DNA of 64,000 bases from Takakia lepidozioides. Taxonomy: Eukaryota; Plantae; Bryophyta. Of this stretch, positions 13,641-26,544 are shown piece by piece (the first letter of the stretch is position 1; each line of letters starts with the position of its first letter). A program made the position numbers and the translations under genes. The DNA lies in the NCBI GenBank assembly GCA_030704615.1, contig CM060731.1, forward strand, positions 57,536,001 through 57,600,000, written 5' to 3'. The notes under the pieces are model-generated. The model did no database searches. It was not told the origin of the DNA and worked only from the letters and a program-made list of their open reading frames with translations.

Positions 13641-16600
13641 GATACCACTGTACCCCTTCAACTTATTTGCATTGACTCTTCCCAGCATTTCTTTGTTAAT
13701 GGTTTGTAACATGGCGGTGTTGTTATCATACATCTTTTGTATGACATAAGGTCCTTTCCACGGTGATTTAAGCTTAGAAGCTTGAATCTTTCCTTTCTTC
13801 TGCAACCATAGAACCAAATCCCCCGTCTTAAAAGTCTTTAATTTTGCCTTCATCAAACTGTTCCTTTCGCTTCATCTGAATTCTGGTCATATTATCAGCT
13901 GCATCAGCACGTACTTCTTCCACATGGTATAATTCATGTTTCCTGACCTTGATGGAGTCTTGCAATTCCATTCTTTTTCCCCACTCCGTTCTCATGGTAG
14001 GTAACAGGAATTCCACTGGAAGTAAGGCTTCCATACCATAAACTAATTGGAATGGTGTATACTTAGTGGTGACTTTATATGAAGTCCTGTATGACCACAA
14101 AGCTGTCAGCAGCTTTGTATCCCAATCCGTTCTGTTTGCATTGACTATCTTAGCCAAGATAGTACATAGTATTTTGTTGGTAGCCTCTGCCTGCCCATTA
14201 CCCTGTGGGTAATATGTTGTACTCTTTCTATGCACAATCATAAACTCTTTAGTCAACAACTCAATGGTCTCATTCATGAAGTGACTTCCTTGATCACTGA
14301 TAAATTCTAAGGGACATCCAAATCGTGTAAGTATGTTCTCGTACAGGAACCTTGCTGTGGACTTGGCTGTGTTGTCCCTCAAAGCTTTAGCTTCCACCCA
14401 CTTTGTAGTATAATCAGTGGCTGTAATTATGTACCTGTTTCGTGTATTCTTGGATGGTGGATTAATTGGTCCAACAAAGTCTAGTCCCCATTTCTGAAAT
14501 GGTTCCGTAGGCATTGTAGGATGCAAGGCCATTCTTCCAGATCTCTGCAAAGGTCCTAGCCTCTGACATTCATCACACTTCTGACAATACTCATGTACAT
14601 CTTTGAACAAAGTAGGCCACCAGTATCCTGCGAGTAGTATCTTTCTACTGGTAGTCTCTTCTCCAAAATGACCTCCAGCCACTCCTTTATGAACTTCCTC
14701 CAAGACTTTATTTACTTCATGGTGGTACAAGCATCGTTTTAGTACTCCATCAGGTCCTAACTTATACATTCTGCTTCCTACCATAGTATAAGGTAAAGCT
14801 TTGATAGCAATTCTCTTCCTCTGCTCCTTACCATAACTAGGTGGGCACTGACCATGAGCAAGGTAGTATCTGATTGGCCACTGCCAATCTAACCATTCAT
14901 CTGCACTTCCTTGCACCTCCATTACAAATAAACTCGCATCAGGTAACTGATCGTCCACTCCTGTGGCGGCCTCTCCTGTTGTTAGTCGTGACAAATGATC
15001 TGCCACAAGATGCAAACGGCCAGGCTTGTAAATAACCTCGAACTCAAACTCATGCAAGATTATTAACCACCTCGCTATCCTTCCACTTATCAAAGGTTTG
15101 TTCACCAGATATATCAGAGCCTGGTGATCCACATAAAACATAAACTTTCTTCCCAATAGGTAATGCCTGAATTTCTTGACTGCATAAATCATTGCCAATG
15201 CTTCTCTTTCCGTTGTACTATAGTTCCTCTCAGCACTGTTCATCAATCGGCTAGCATAGTACACAGGTGAATCTATATTCCTGTAACATTCTGGGCTAAC
15301 ACCGCACCCAACGCTTCTCCTGATGCATCGCAGTGAACATGAAATACTACATGCCAGTGAGGGTTAATCAGCACAGGTGTAGTTGTTACTGACAGTGTAA
15401 GTTCCTCAAACGCCTGTTGACATTCAGCTGTCCAGGCAAACACTGCATCTTTCTTCAGAAGCTTGCTCAATGGTGCTGCTATTTGTGCATACCTTTTGAC
15501 AAATCTTCTGTAATAACTGGTTTGCCCAAGGAATCTCCTTAAACTCTTAACATTCACTGGTGGTGGAGAGACTTTAATGGACTCTGTCTTCCTGGGATCC
15601 ACAAGAAGTCCCTTCTTACACACAATGTGTCCCAGAAGCACCCCTGAGTTCACACAGAAAGTACACTTCTCTGGATTCAAGCCCAGACCTCTCATCCTGC
15701 ATCTGGCCAGGCATAACTCCAATTTATGCAAGTGCTCATTCTTAGAGCTGTACACACTGAAATCATCCAAAAACACCTGCATGAAATCATCCAGATACTC
15801 ATGAAAAGATTCACTTATCACTCTCTGAAAGGTCGCTGGTGCATTACAAAGTCCAAAGGGCATGACTTTGTATGCATAAGCCCCCCAGTCTGTGATGAAA
15901 GCTGTTTTCCCTTGGTCTTCTTCTGCCACTTGCACTTGATTATAACCACTGAAGCCATCCATGAATGAGTACATCTCATGGCCTGCCACAGTGTCTAATA
16001 CTGCTTCTGTGAATGGCAAAGGGAAAGGATCTTTCTTCGTACAAGCATTCAGCTTCTTATAGTTCACACATACTCTTAGTTTGCCATTCTTCTTGGAACT
16101 ATAACAATGGGTGACAACCAAGTTGTATACTCTATTGGGTATATAAACTTAGCCTCAGCCAACTTCTTTATCTCTTCTCCAACCTTCTGTGCGTAGTTGG
16201 GATTCATTCTATACCTCGCCTGCTTGATTGGTACTGACCCTGGTTCCAGTTCAATCTTATGCTGACAGACTTCAGGTGGTATCCCTTTTAGATCCTCATA
16301 GCTCCAAGCAAATACATCTCTGTATTTGATGAACAAGCTTTTAGCTTCTTCGAAGAATTCCGGCTCCAAATCAGCTCCTACTTTCACCATTCTCGGTTCC
16401 TCCTGAGTTCCCACATTTACTTCTCTCACCTGCTCATCAGCTGTGATTGTCCAACCAGTCACCACTTCATCCTTTAAGCTCACAGTGGCTGGTTCTTCTA
16501 GGATTTCTATCTCTCCCTCTTTTTCTTCATAGAAATGTGTGGGTAACTGCTGGTTTCCTCTTCAATTGGTGTTGCTGACACTACACCACAGCAGATACCT

Positions 16601-19600
16601 CTTAAACAACTTAGGCTTTCCAGCCGCATCTCCGCAACCTGCTCCCATTCTGGGTGTGCAGCAAATAGGGTAGCTTCCTGCTCCTCATCCAGTCCTCCTC
16701 TCCAGTCATACTCTCTGACTCCTCGAGGTCTTCTTGTAGCAGGTAATCTACTAGATTTCTTTGTGGTAATTTGTATCTCGTGCATCCCATTATGCACAGT
16801 TAGTAACTGAGAATTCCAGTCATGGAATACCCTGGCCTGTTTCAGCCACGGACGTCCCAATAATAAGGAGTAAGCCTCCATGACTTCATCCATTTTTAAT
16901 ACAGTTACTGTGATCATAAAGATCATTTTCTGTATCTGTATCTTAACTCCTCTTATTAATCCCAATGGCTGTACACTTCTTTGATCTGCCATTGTTACTG
17001 TAAATGGGGCTGGTTTCATGTTACTTAGACCAAGCTTCTTCCTTAATTGGTCTGTCATGATATTTACTCCAGAACCACCATCTATCAGTACATCAGTTAG
17101 TTCTGTGCTTCCAATTCTCAATTGGATTACTGGCATAGAATCATCAAAGTCCATGACTGGTTCTCGCCCTTCCGGCTTCACATTATAACTGGTCACCTTG
17201 CTGTTCAGGTCTGTGTTTCCTGTCTCTTGGGCAATTCGATTGATTGCCTGATACAGCCTGTGCCTACAATAAGGTGCCACAGCTAATAGCTGTCCAATGG
17301 TAATTTCTGCTTTGGTCTGACATATTACTGCAGCCAAAGTCTCTTCATTACTTTGCATGTCTGCATCTTTTTTTTCCTTTCTTCCTCACTCCCTTCTTTT
17401 CTCCATCCGAATCAGAGGAATCTGCCACAGGAATATCAGTACTCTTTTGCATTTCCCTTATAGTATCTGCCACTTCCTTGTGCAGTTCCTTCTCATCTTT
17501 CCAAGTCTCTTCATCTTCAGGCATATCATTGCCACTTCCATTCTCATCTTCTTCCTCTTCTACTGGAGGTATTAGTTTGGCTTTACTTCTTGTTACTATC
17601 ATTGTACTTACTTCTGGTACAACACATGGCCTAACCATGTGAGCTGCCACCACTGGGCCCTCATTCACAGGAGCTCTCATCTCATTCTGGTGTCTTATCC
17701 AGAATGAACAGGCTGCCTTGCGATGTCCTGGCTGATTACAATAGTAACATAGCTCTTCACCATTGGGTCCTCGCCCTTGGTCTGTTCTTGGATTATTTCT
17801 ATAATCCTGATTCCCGGGCTGGTAATTCCCCTTGGATTACCCTGATAGTTGCCTCTGGAATTTCCTTGGTAATTCCCTCTTGAATTACCTCTCCCTTCCA
17901 TGCCATTGTTATAACCACCAGACCTACCATAGTGGTCCTGATCATTGTTTCTTCTTGGCTGGGGCTGCACCTGATGCACCCTTACTTGCCTAGGTTCTCT
18001 TGCAGCTGTCCTTCTGTTGTAGTAACAATTCTCAGTAGAATGGTTATCCATTTTACAGATAGTACAGTGTTTCTCCTTCATGTGGCATTCTGTGGTGGTA
18101 TGGCCTTCATTCTGGCACTTTGCACACCATACACCCTTCCTCCAATGTGTTGCAGCCTCTGTGGCATACTTCTTCAAGATTTCTTCCAATTTTTTTCATA
18201 GTTATCCCTCTTCAACTTCTCCTTTCTCTTACTCTTTCTTTTTAGTTCTTGCTCTTCTTCTTCATCTGACTCATCCTCAGAGTCCTCATCTTCTTTTTCT
18301 CTCTCCTGAGCATTCCCAATTGCTCAATTCTGTTCGCAGTTTCAAATGCCTCCTCCACTGTATTATGGGGTAACATATCCACTTTCTTTTGCAACTCTGG
18401 TCTTAATCCACTCACAAACCAAGTCTTCTGTAAACCGGGCGCTGGTACTGCAGCCAGCTTTTTCATCATCAATTCCATCTTCTCCATATACTCTTCAACA
18501 GTTTCATGCTTCTTCTGCTTCAGCTGTTGTAAACTTCCATACACTTCATCCTCAGTTTTACTTGTCCTGAACCTATTTCGAAATGCTGTATTCAAGCCAT
18601 TCCAGGTTAGGAAATGATTATCAGGGAATCTTGCATACCATTCACTTGCTTTCTTGATAAGTGAACAAGGAAACAGTCTCATCTTGGCATCATCGCCATT
18701 CTCATTGTTCACTATACACATGTGCTCAAATTGGCTAATGTGTATATTGGAAAGGGTGGTTTTGCCCGTGTTGGTTGTAACGCCATCTGTGGCCCTACCT
18801 TCTGCCCACTGACAGGTGCTGGCACCCTTGCTGGTGCTGGTCCTTCTGGACCTGTTGTTTTTGTGGTGGATCTTCCACCAAGTGGTGGCCCTTGAGCACT
18901 CCTTGCTTCTGGTCCCACGATATTCACAGTATTCCCAGCTTCAGTTGCACTACTTCCCACACTCCCTGTCCCCCCAGAGCCAGATCCAGGCAGCCCGCCT
19001 GATCCCCCTGAGCCGACACCTTCGTTGGCCTGTGATCCAAGTGCTCCACTTGATCCAGGTCCAACGGGTTGGGATGTCCTGGTTGTAGTCTCAACCTCAG
19101 CTGTTGGGTCTACTTCTTCATATTCTTCCTCTTCTAATTTCTTCTCTCTGTTTTCATCCTCCAAGTTCTGCCCTTGGGTTTCTTCTTCACTCATGTAACT
19201 CAACTGTAATGGTGTTGGAGAGTCTGAACTCTCCGTTGGCTCTGCCACATCCTCTTCTCCTTCTTCATCTTCTGCTTCAGAAACTGGAGTTCCTGCTTTT
19301 GGTGTTCCATGCCAACTCTTATCAAAGATTTCTGTCAAGTCTTTTATCCAAGGATGTACCTCAGATCTTTCACCTCGTGATTGATCTTCTTCCTGTACCA
19401 ATTCCCTTAATCTTTCTTGCAAAGAAACAGAAGGAGTGGCATCCAACTCTAGTTCTTCCGGTATAGGTGATGCACTCTTTGATCTTGATGGTGTGAGAGG
19501 TCCAGATGATTCCCCTATGTCTATTCCTCTCTCCCAAAGATATGGATAATTAGCTTTCAGATAGCTTTCTCTTTTTGATGAATATCTCTGTCGTCTAGCT

Positions 19601-19617
19601 TCTCTTTCATCACTCAT
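13640..19617 (-). CDS. Gag-Pol polyprotein of copy B (several frameshifts)
   Basis: Gag with three CCHC knuckles (CAKCQNEGHTTTEC, CTICKMDNHSTENC, CYYCNQPGHRKAAC); protease LIDGGS; RT VFLDD; RNase H CDASG..EALA..DH; integrase HHCC plus GLDFVGP/SDQG/GQAE; GPY motif (WKGPY) at the start of ORF 11388..13856. Confidence 0.95.
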
Positions 19618-19638
19618 GTCCCATGTCTTTCATTTCTT

Positions 19639-20280
19639 TTAATGTGGCAATAACCAAAACTCTCTTCTGTAATATCTCTCGTATATGCCTGGGTTTCTTT
19701 CAAGCTTCAATGCACCCTTGGCTATACTTGAAGTCTCCGTTACCATATAACCATATGGCAAACAAGTCTGAAAAGCTGTTCTTGGTGTGAGTTTGATCCA
19801 CAAAATATCCTTTGGAATCCAATTCTTTACCAGTACAAGCTCTTCATGCATATGAGTATAAACATTCACCTTTCTTTCTTCCCAGCCTTCAAACTCTACT
19901 CGTTTAATGGATAGCAACGCTATCACATAAACCAATGTTGGTAACCAACGTGCTCTTCCTCTACAGGCTACCTGATAAATCTTTATCACTCCTTTCTCCA
20001 GACCCCATTCTGGATCAGCATCATGCACTCGTTTAAGAATATTTTCTTTACATCCGTCTGGCAATTCCAAGAACCTTTGAAAGAATCGTTTGGACAATCT
20101 TTCTTCCTTCGTTCCACAGGGAATTTGATTCACTTCAAATTCTTTAATGGTCCAACCACCATGATCCCACCAGATGCCTGTCACATCTGGTTGTTCATGT
20201 CCCAGGTCCCCAGTATGGTCGCCAAATGTCGCGCGGCTTTTACTCACCCATCCCTTCGCTATCCGAGGCGGAAACTCCAA
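19639..20280 (-). CDS. Putative extra ORF upstream of gag, running across the PBS
   Basis: 213-codon open frame with a non-ATG start, conserved at amino-acid level in copy A (6036..6700). Confidence 0.5.
   Translation of the reverse strand: MEFPPRIAKGWVSKSRATFGDHTGDLGHEQPDVTGIWWDHGGWTIKEFEVNQIPCGTKEERLSKRFFQRFLELPDGCKENILKRVHDADPEWGLEKGVIKIYQVACRGRARWLPTLVYVIALLSIKRVEFEGWEERKVNVYTHMHEELVLVKNWIPKDILWIKLTPRTAFQTCLPYGYMVTETSSIAKGALKLERNPGIYERYYRREFWLLPH
20207..20224 (-). promoter_or_regulatory. Primer-binding site, tRNA-Arg-like
   Basis: TGGCGACCATACTGGGGA, 2 nt inside the 5' LTR; resembles the complement of plant tRNA-Arg 3' ends (assigned from memory). Confidence 0.8.
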
Positions 20281-21270
20281 GATAGAAGAGTTGGAAATCT
20301 CTAAGTACTCAGCCCGCGCCAGAACAATCAGTCATGACCTACAGCTAGTGTATCATGGGGTGTTTCCTATTTGTTTCCCTTTCCGCATTCATCTTAGCTA
20401 CCTTACCATTGATAATTAAGTATCAGTTTGCTTCATCAATCTATCGGTTTCCTTCACTCATCCATTCAATCCACAGCTTCTCTCAGATCTCTCTACACAG
20501 TGTGATTGTATCGTATAAGTATCAGATTATGATTTATCAGGTATCAGGCCGAAGCCATTATGTCTCTAATCTGCTCTCCAATATCACTACAGCTTTGCAT
20601 ATAACAAGCATCTACTAATCCTCTTTTCTCCTTCATCGTGCTCTCCATCTCTTGCCTCCGATCTCCGCTCCAGCCTCACTCAGAAGTCCTCCTCCGTATA
20701 ATGATGATCCCCTTCATTCCCCGTTTCTCCCTTTATCCTCCTATCCGCGGTTCTAACCGTTTCCCTCTCTAACCGTCGTCTGTGAACTAACATGTTCCCT
20801 TCGCAGGTGTTGTTCCCACAGTCGTTCCCTGTCCTACTCTTCGTTCCCTATTGATCGTGACCGCTGTGTCAAGCTGTGACTGGCTGTGTGAAACTGTGAC
20901 GGGCTGTGACTGGCTGTGCGACTGTGTTTGGCTGTGTCGGCTGTGTCGAGCTGTGATTGGCTGTGTGGGCTGTGACGACTGTGACGGCTGTGTTGGCTGT
21001 GCTTGGGTGTCGTCTGTGACGGGCTGTGTGGGCTGTGTCTGCTGTGACGACTGTGACGGGCTGTGTTGGCTGTGTCAACTGTGACGACTGTGACGGGCTG
21101 TGTTGGCTGTGTGGGCTGTGACGACTGTGACGGGCTGTGACGACTGTGTAACCCCCCTCTACAGTGCGCTGCTGTCACCCCTAAGGCTCCTGTTGGTCTC
21201 AGTCTGTGCAAAATTAAGGGTACCCTACAGATCCCGTATAAGTGTCTAAGTCCCCTACAGTCCTCTAACA
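20227..21270 (-). repeat. 5' LTR of copy B
   Basis: tgtcgcgcgg...tcctctaaca, followed by TSD gtaac. Confidence 0.95.
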
Positions 21271-21578
21271 GTAACCTTCCAGGGCCTTCCGCCATTTGAG
21301 GGAATCGTTCATGTTAGCAGTGGCGTTCGGTCACTGTTTCAAAGGAATAAACCGTGTGAATTTTTGTACAGATTTATTGGCGCTTCAGAGTAGACACATT
21401 TAGATTTTCTTTTCATGCTTCCCTATCTGTCCACTTATTATCGAGTCACTGCATACTGGGTAACCTTCCAGGGCCTTCCGCCATTTGAGGGATTGTTCAT
21501 GTTTTGGTCACTATTTCAAAGGAATAAACCTTGTGAACGTCTGTACAAATTCAATGGCGCTTCAGAGTAGACACATGA
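21271..21578. repeat. ~190-bp tandem duplication; the first unit is split by retrotransposon B (its other part is at 7787-7840)
   Basis: gtaaccttccagggccttccgccatttgaggg...ggcgcttcagagtagacacat occurs twice; the uninterrupted unit has a single GTAAC (catactgggtaaccttcc). Confidence 0.9.
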
Positions 21579-22587
21579 GTGCTGGTGATGATTCGTAACA
21601 ACGAGATTAGTCCTATTGGCAGCTGGCAGATGTCAATTCATTTCCAGGGAGTTAGACGTATGTATGCTGAAATTCTTGAAAACGGAATTAGCCCCATATG
21701 CTTATAATTAGGTTATGCATGTGGGGCACAGTCTGACTATCGTATATCTGGGTACCTACTATTTAGCTTACTGGGTTGCTAGTCTGGGTTAGCAAGTGGA
21801 CCATTTTTGAAGAGACCAGAGAGGCAACTTAACAAAGGCTCTTCGATTCAGGAGGGTCCTTGCGAGAGCAGATGTGGCGAAGATCGGATAGAGATCTGAA
21901 GAGAAAATTCACGAATTACATTTTTGCAACTGTCCAACAAACCTACCTCCCAAATTTCTTGTCTTTGCTTACATTTCCTTTAAATTTTTCACTTCTACTT
22001 GTTTCCTGGTTTGGTAGAAGGCCACTCTTTTTTGGGCGTGCTACAACATTTCTCTATAAGCACCAGGGATAAATTGCATGAGAAACATACATAGTTGTAA
22101 CATACAGAGTTGTAGCTTGCTGAGCAGGTATCAAGAGAGATTGTGTGACACCTCGTTGGAAGTGCAGGTGAAGGAGAGGATTATAACATACTGTTAGATC
22201 GCACTTTGCACCTGACTTCCCAGCAAAGCGGTGGAGCATCAACCTCGGTCAGGTGGGTTACCTTGATCACTGATTGACCATGGTTACTAGCTGGTTGCAA
22301 TATTGATTGGTCCTCTATCCATGGATGCGATTGGTCTTCACTGTTCTCCCACAACATCCTAAATATGAGGCAAAATTAAGATTTGCAATTGTTTGTGGTT
22401 GATGGCAGGAACCTATTTACTATGGTGCAATAAACATTGTGGAAAAGCTCATGAAGGAGTTCAAGTTCTCAACCATGGCTGTTGAAAGAGCTGTGAAATG
22501 TTGCCATAAGTGCCCGTACCCAGATTGGTAATAGCTCAACTTCCACATTCTGAAGTGAAAACACTGATGTGTAGCATGACGACGTTG

Positions 22588-23870
22588 AGGGTTACATGGG
22601 TTACATATGTCTGGGGTTACATGATGAGGGATTAAATGGAGTGAGGGTTACACCCTGCGGAGTTACACAGGGTTACATGGTGTTATATAGGGTTACATGG
22701 ATTACAGAGAGGGTTACAGATGGGTTATATGGATTACAGGGGTTACAGAGGGTTATAGAGGGTTACATAGAGTGAGGGTTATACTCAGCGGAGTTACAGA
22801 GGGTTACATGGGGTTACAGCGGCTTACATTGGATATAGAGGGTTACATGGGTTCCAAAGGGTTATAGAGGGTTACATGGTTTACATAGGGTTACAGATGG
22901 GTTACGGAGGGTTACATGGGTTACAGAGGATTACAGAGGGCTACAGAGGTTTACAGAGGGTTACATGGGTTACAGAGGGTTACATGGAGTGAGGGTTACG
23001 TAGGGGCGACTCGGGTTACACTCTGCGGTGTTACAGAGGGTTACATGGGTTACATGGATTACAAAGGTTACAGAGGGTTACAACAGATTATATGGGTTAC
23101 ATGGGTTACAGAGGGTTACATGGTGGTAAAGGTAGGGTTATATGGTGTACAGAGGGGTACAGAGGATTACATGGATCACAGAGGGTGACAGAGGGTGACA
23201 GAGGGTTACATGGGTCACAGAGGGTCACAGAGGGTTATAGGGGGTCACATAGGGTCACATGGGTTACAACGGGTTATATGGGTTACATGGGTCACAAAGG
23301 GTTACAAAGGGTTATATGGAATGACTAACTCCATGTAACCCTCTGTAACCCTCAAAACAACATCATAGGAGTGAGGGTGACACTTTGCAGTGTTCCAGAG
23401 GGTTACATGGGTTACAGAGGGTTACATAGGGGTGAGGGTGACACTCTACGGTGTTACAGAGGGTTACAGAGGGTTGCATAGTTGTGAGGGTTACACCTGG
23501 TAAGGGTTACAGAGGGTCACAGAGGGTTACATGGGTTACAACGGGTTATATGGGTTACATGGATTACAAAGGGTTACATAGGGGTGAGGGTGACACTCTG
23601 CGGTGACACTCTACAAAGGGTTACATGGGTTACAGAGGGTTACATGGTGGTGAGGGTTATAGAGGGTCACAGAGGGTTACATGGATTACAGAGGGTTACA
23701 TAGGGGTGAGGGGGACACTTTGCGGTGACACTCTAAAGAGGGTTACATGGGTTACAGAGGGTTACATGGTGGAGAGGATTACACTCGACGGAGTTACAGA
23801 GGGTTACACCCGGGGCGGGGGTTACAGGGGCTGACGTGCAGGGGTTAACAGGGGGCGTGGGTTACAGGGA
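22588..23870 (+). repeat. GGTTACA-core minisatellite (9-10 bp units gggttacat / gggttacaga)
   Basis: Directly visible, with a short inverted patch at ~23330-23352. Confidence 0.95.
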
Positions 23871-24094
23871 ACTGGCGGACTGGTGTCGCAGAACGACGAC
23901 GCAGGCGGCGACGACGCGTCGGGGGCGACGACCCGATGGGATGAGAGCGGGGTGGGGAGGGATTGACTGAGCCCAGCCGGCTGCCTTTCGATGGCTGTTG
24001 GAGGCGGAGAACAGGTGGTACGGGGTGTCAGGGCTGGACCGTCCTGACGCGCTCGCATTAAGTTCTTACATTATTCCTATTATCTTTCGACATA

Positions 24095-24350
24095 TGTCCA
24101 CTGTTGGGACATACTGTTATGTGTAAAAAATTGCGGCAAGTTCGGTTACACACATTGAAAGGGATGTTAGGATATTGTTTAAAAGATTACGGACAACCGT
24201 ATTTGAGTTTTTTAGTCATAATATCACGGCGCATGATATGGAAGAGGGGAAATAAATGTTCGCACTATATGGTAGTGCAGAGTTCAAAAACCGTGTTTTT
24301 TTTACGCCATCAAATATTTCGAAAGAGCCTTCATCTTTCATTATAGACAT
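24095..24350 (+). pseudogene. Replitron-type HUH endonuclease relic (C-terminal Y1 part)
   Basis: VMCKKLRQVRLHTLKGMLGYCLKDYGQP..HNITAHDMEEGK*MFALYG..KNRV matches the remembered replitron LHTxxGMxGYCxKD (YxxK) motif; has a stop and frameshifts. Confidence 0.7.
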
Positions 24351-24969
24351 ACAAAGTGCTACATTCAACCTGACTTTAAGTAGAGCATAACAGGCTTTGC
24401 CTCATGTACAAAAATGCCACAAAGACCTCATTAACCTCATTTTTTTCTCTCCTCTTCTTCAAAGATAAAGTTTCATCTAGCTTCACAATTTTTTCACGTC
24501 TCCTTCACATAGAAAAAGAGGAGAGGCAAGCATGACAGATTTGAAATGCAGCGTAGCTACGGCGTGAGCCCAGCCCCGTGAGCCTGGGAGCTGAGCTCAC
24601 GTTGAAGCTGCAAAGCGTGAGCTGAGCTCACACTTCAGGGAAGCGTGAGCGGCAACAAATCTGCTGGCGAAAGCAGGTCCTAGGCGAGGATTGCAGGAAG
24701 AGGGGCCTATTACCGTGGACAAACAAAGGGGGGGCCACCATGCACCGTGTCTGCAATGCCTGCACAAAAAGAGGAATATGAAAATATGGCAGATTTGAGC
24801 TCAGAATGATTGACACACTTTATTTGAATTCACAGATAGACGCTTACAATGAATGGCATGTGCATTTGCCCTGGTTCCGTGAACGAAATGTATGTGTTTG
24901 TCATAAATGCAAAGTCTTCACACGGTAACCTGGAAACCAGCATGGGAAGCGGGCATGGCTCGTATGTGT

Positions 24970-26213
24970 TCAAAGAGAATTTGGCGGAGCCCCACGTGAG
25001 GTGTTCCGCTGCAGAAGGGTGATGACTTCTCCGTAGCCTAGTGTGGCTTGGTGAATGAATTGGTCTCTCTTACCGTCGCAACACATAATTACAAGGTATA
25101 TGTAATATTGATGCTTGCAGAGGATCCACTTCCCTCTCATGCCGAGAGCGCCCTCACGCATCGTTACAAAATCCGGACAAGTGCATTAGGGAAATTCCCC
25201 ACGGTAACCTGATATTCTTTGCCATGAAAAATTGAGCCAATAGACAACACTGTGTAAATCCGTCCATACCCCGGGGCAGGGACTTCGGTGATACGAGTCA
25301 CCCGAGCCTGCAAAATTCTAGCCGATTCCATCTTGCATTTGTGATTTGCACCCGATTCGTCATCAGCCGATTAGCGCTGTTTCTCAGCCGAGGGCAAGAA
25401 ATATTCACGCACTTGCAATGCCCAACGCAAACCTTTCGAAATTTCAATCCAATGTCGTTGTGGATGTTCGATGTTTTTTGTCATGCACCAAGGGTGTCCG
25501 TCATGTTTCTTGTCCATGCCTTGCAGAAGCCTAGCCAGTCCACTGGAAGACGTGGGAGGGTTGAGCTCAAACAAGATGTCCCCATCAAACTTTGTTGGCA
25601 CGTATTGAACCCGCTGCACACGAAGGGACTCCCAATCACAAAAAAACGCAGCTCGCTCTTGCACCCAGGCACCCTGCGAGGGCTTTCAATTTCGGAATGA
25701 CACTCGTTATCTCCTGCAATTCGTCATCATCCAAGATGGGAGTCTGCACTGGCGGAGGAATCTCAGAAACATCCTCCGAGGACGAGTCTGAAAGAGTCAC
25801 GAATGTAGTGGATGTGCTCACCTCTTGTTTCACATGAACTGTGCCCTTCTGCTGCACGACTGATGCTGCAGTGCCAGGGGTAACTACTGATCCTGCTGAT
25901 TGTCTTCTCTCTTTTCCAAGGACACAGGATGCCTGGAAGGACTCTCCACTTCCTTCCACACTCGCCAACCAATGGTTTTCTCCAAGTGCCCAGAATCCAA
26001 ATTCCCATCCTCGTCATACACCTCTTTTTGAACAAGCAGAGAACCCAATTCCAGCGGGAACACTGTAACCAGCTCATCCTCATGAACAACTGCAAACCCA
26101 TTGTCGTCTGTAGTGGTAGTCAGTGGAAGACTACCTGCATTGGAATGAAATCGAGCGAGTCTATCTTGCTCCCTCGACATGTTTTCCTCCACTGACCAAA
26201 AATTGCGATTCAC
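24970..26213 (-). pseudogene. Internally deleted MULE-like transposase (GCM-like N-terminal part joined to a SWIM finger)
   Basis: GMDKKHDGHPWCMTK...CVGHCKCVNISCP, followed within ~200 bp by YQVTVGNFPxCTCPDF...WILCKH (SWIM CxC..CxH); no room for a DDE core. Confidence 0.65.
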
Positions 26214-26544
26214 AACGGAATCCCCAAACTGATAGCCCGTAATTCTCGAAAGGGATCCACCACAAACAAACTGAGGTCAATAAGGTTAGCACTAACCCAA
26301 AGACTGTGGGCGATGCCTGCAAAGGATGTAGGAATGACATGCACCGAACTTCGCAGACAACCACACTGAGAGACACCAACCAGAAAAACTGTTTAGGGTG
26401 ACAAGAAGCCACAAGAAGCCGTGTTGTATTTGGATGAAAAACAAACCCTAAACATGACATGAAACCATCAATTATGGAAAGACGACAACAACCCTAGAGA
26501 GCAGTAAACAGGAAGACCCCGAATGTAATGAGGTTGTGTTGTGC

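Larger units (their letters stand above)
7841..21270 (-). mobile_element. Full-length Ty3/gypsy (non-chromovirus-like) LTR retrotransposon, 13.4 kb (copy B)
   Basis: TG...CA LTRs at 7841-8920 and 20227-21270; 5-bp TSD GTAAC at 7836-7840 and 21271-21275; PBS and PPT present; domain order gag-PR-RT-RH-INT; no chromodomain or extra RNase H recognised. Confidence 0.97.

Noticed and set aside
22588-23870. Telomere-like array and its ORFs
   Set aside because: The unit is an irregular GGGTTACA(G/T), not TTTAGGG or TTAGGG; the ORFs are low-complexity artefacts.
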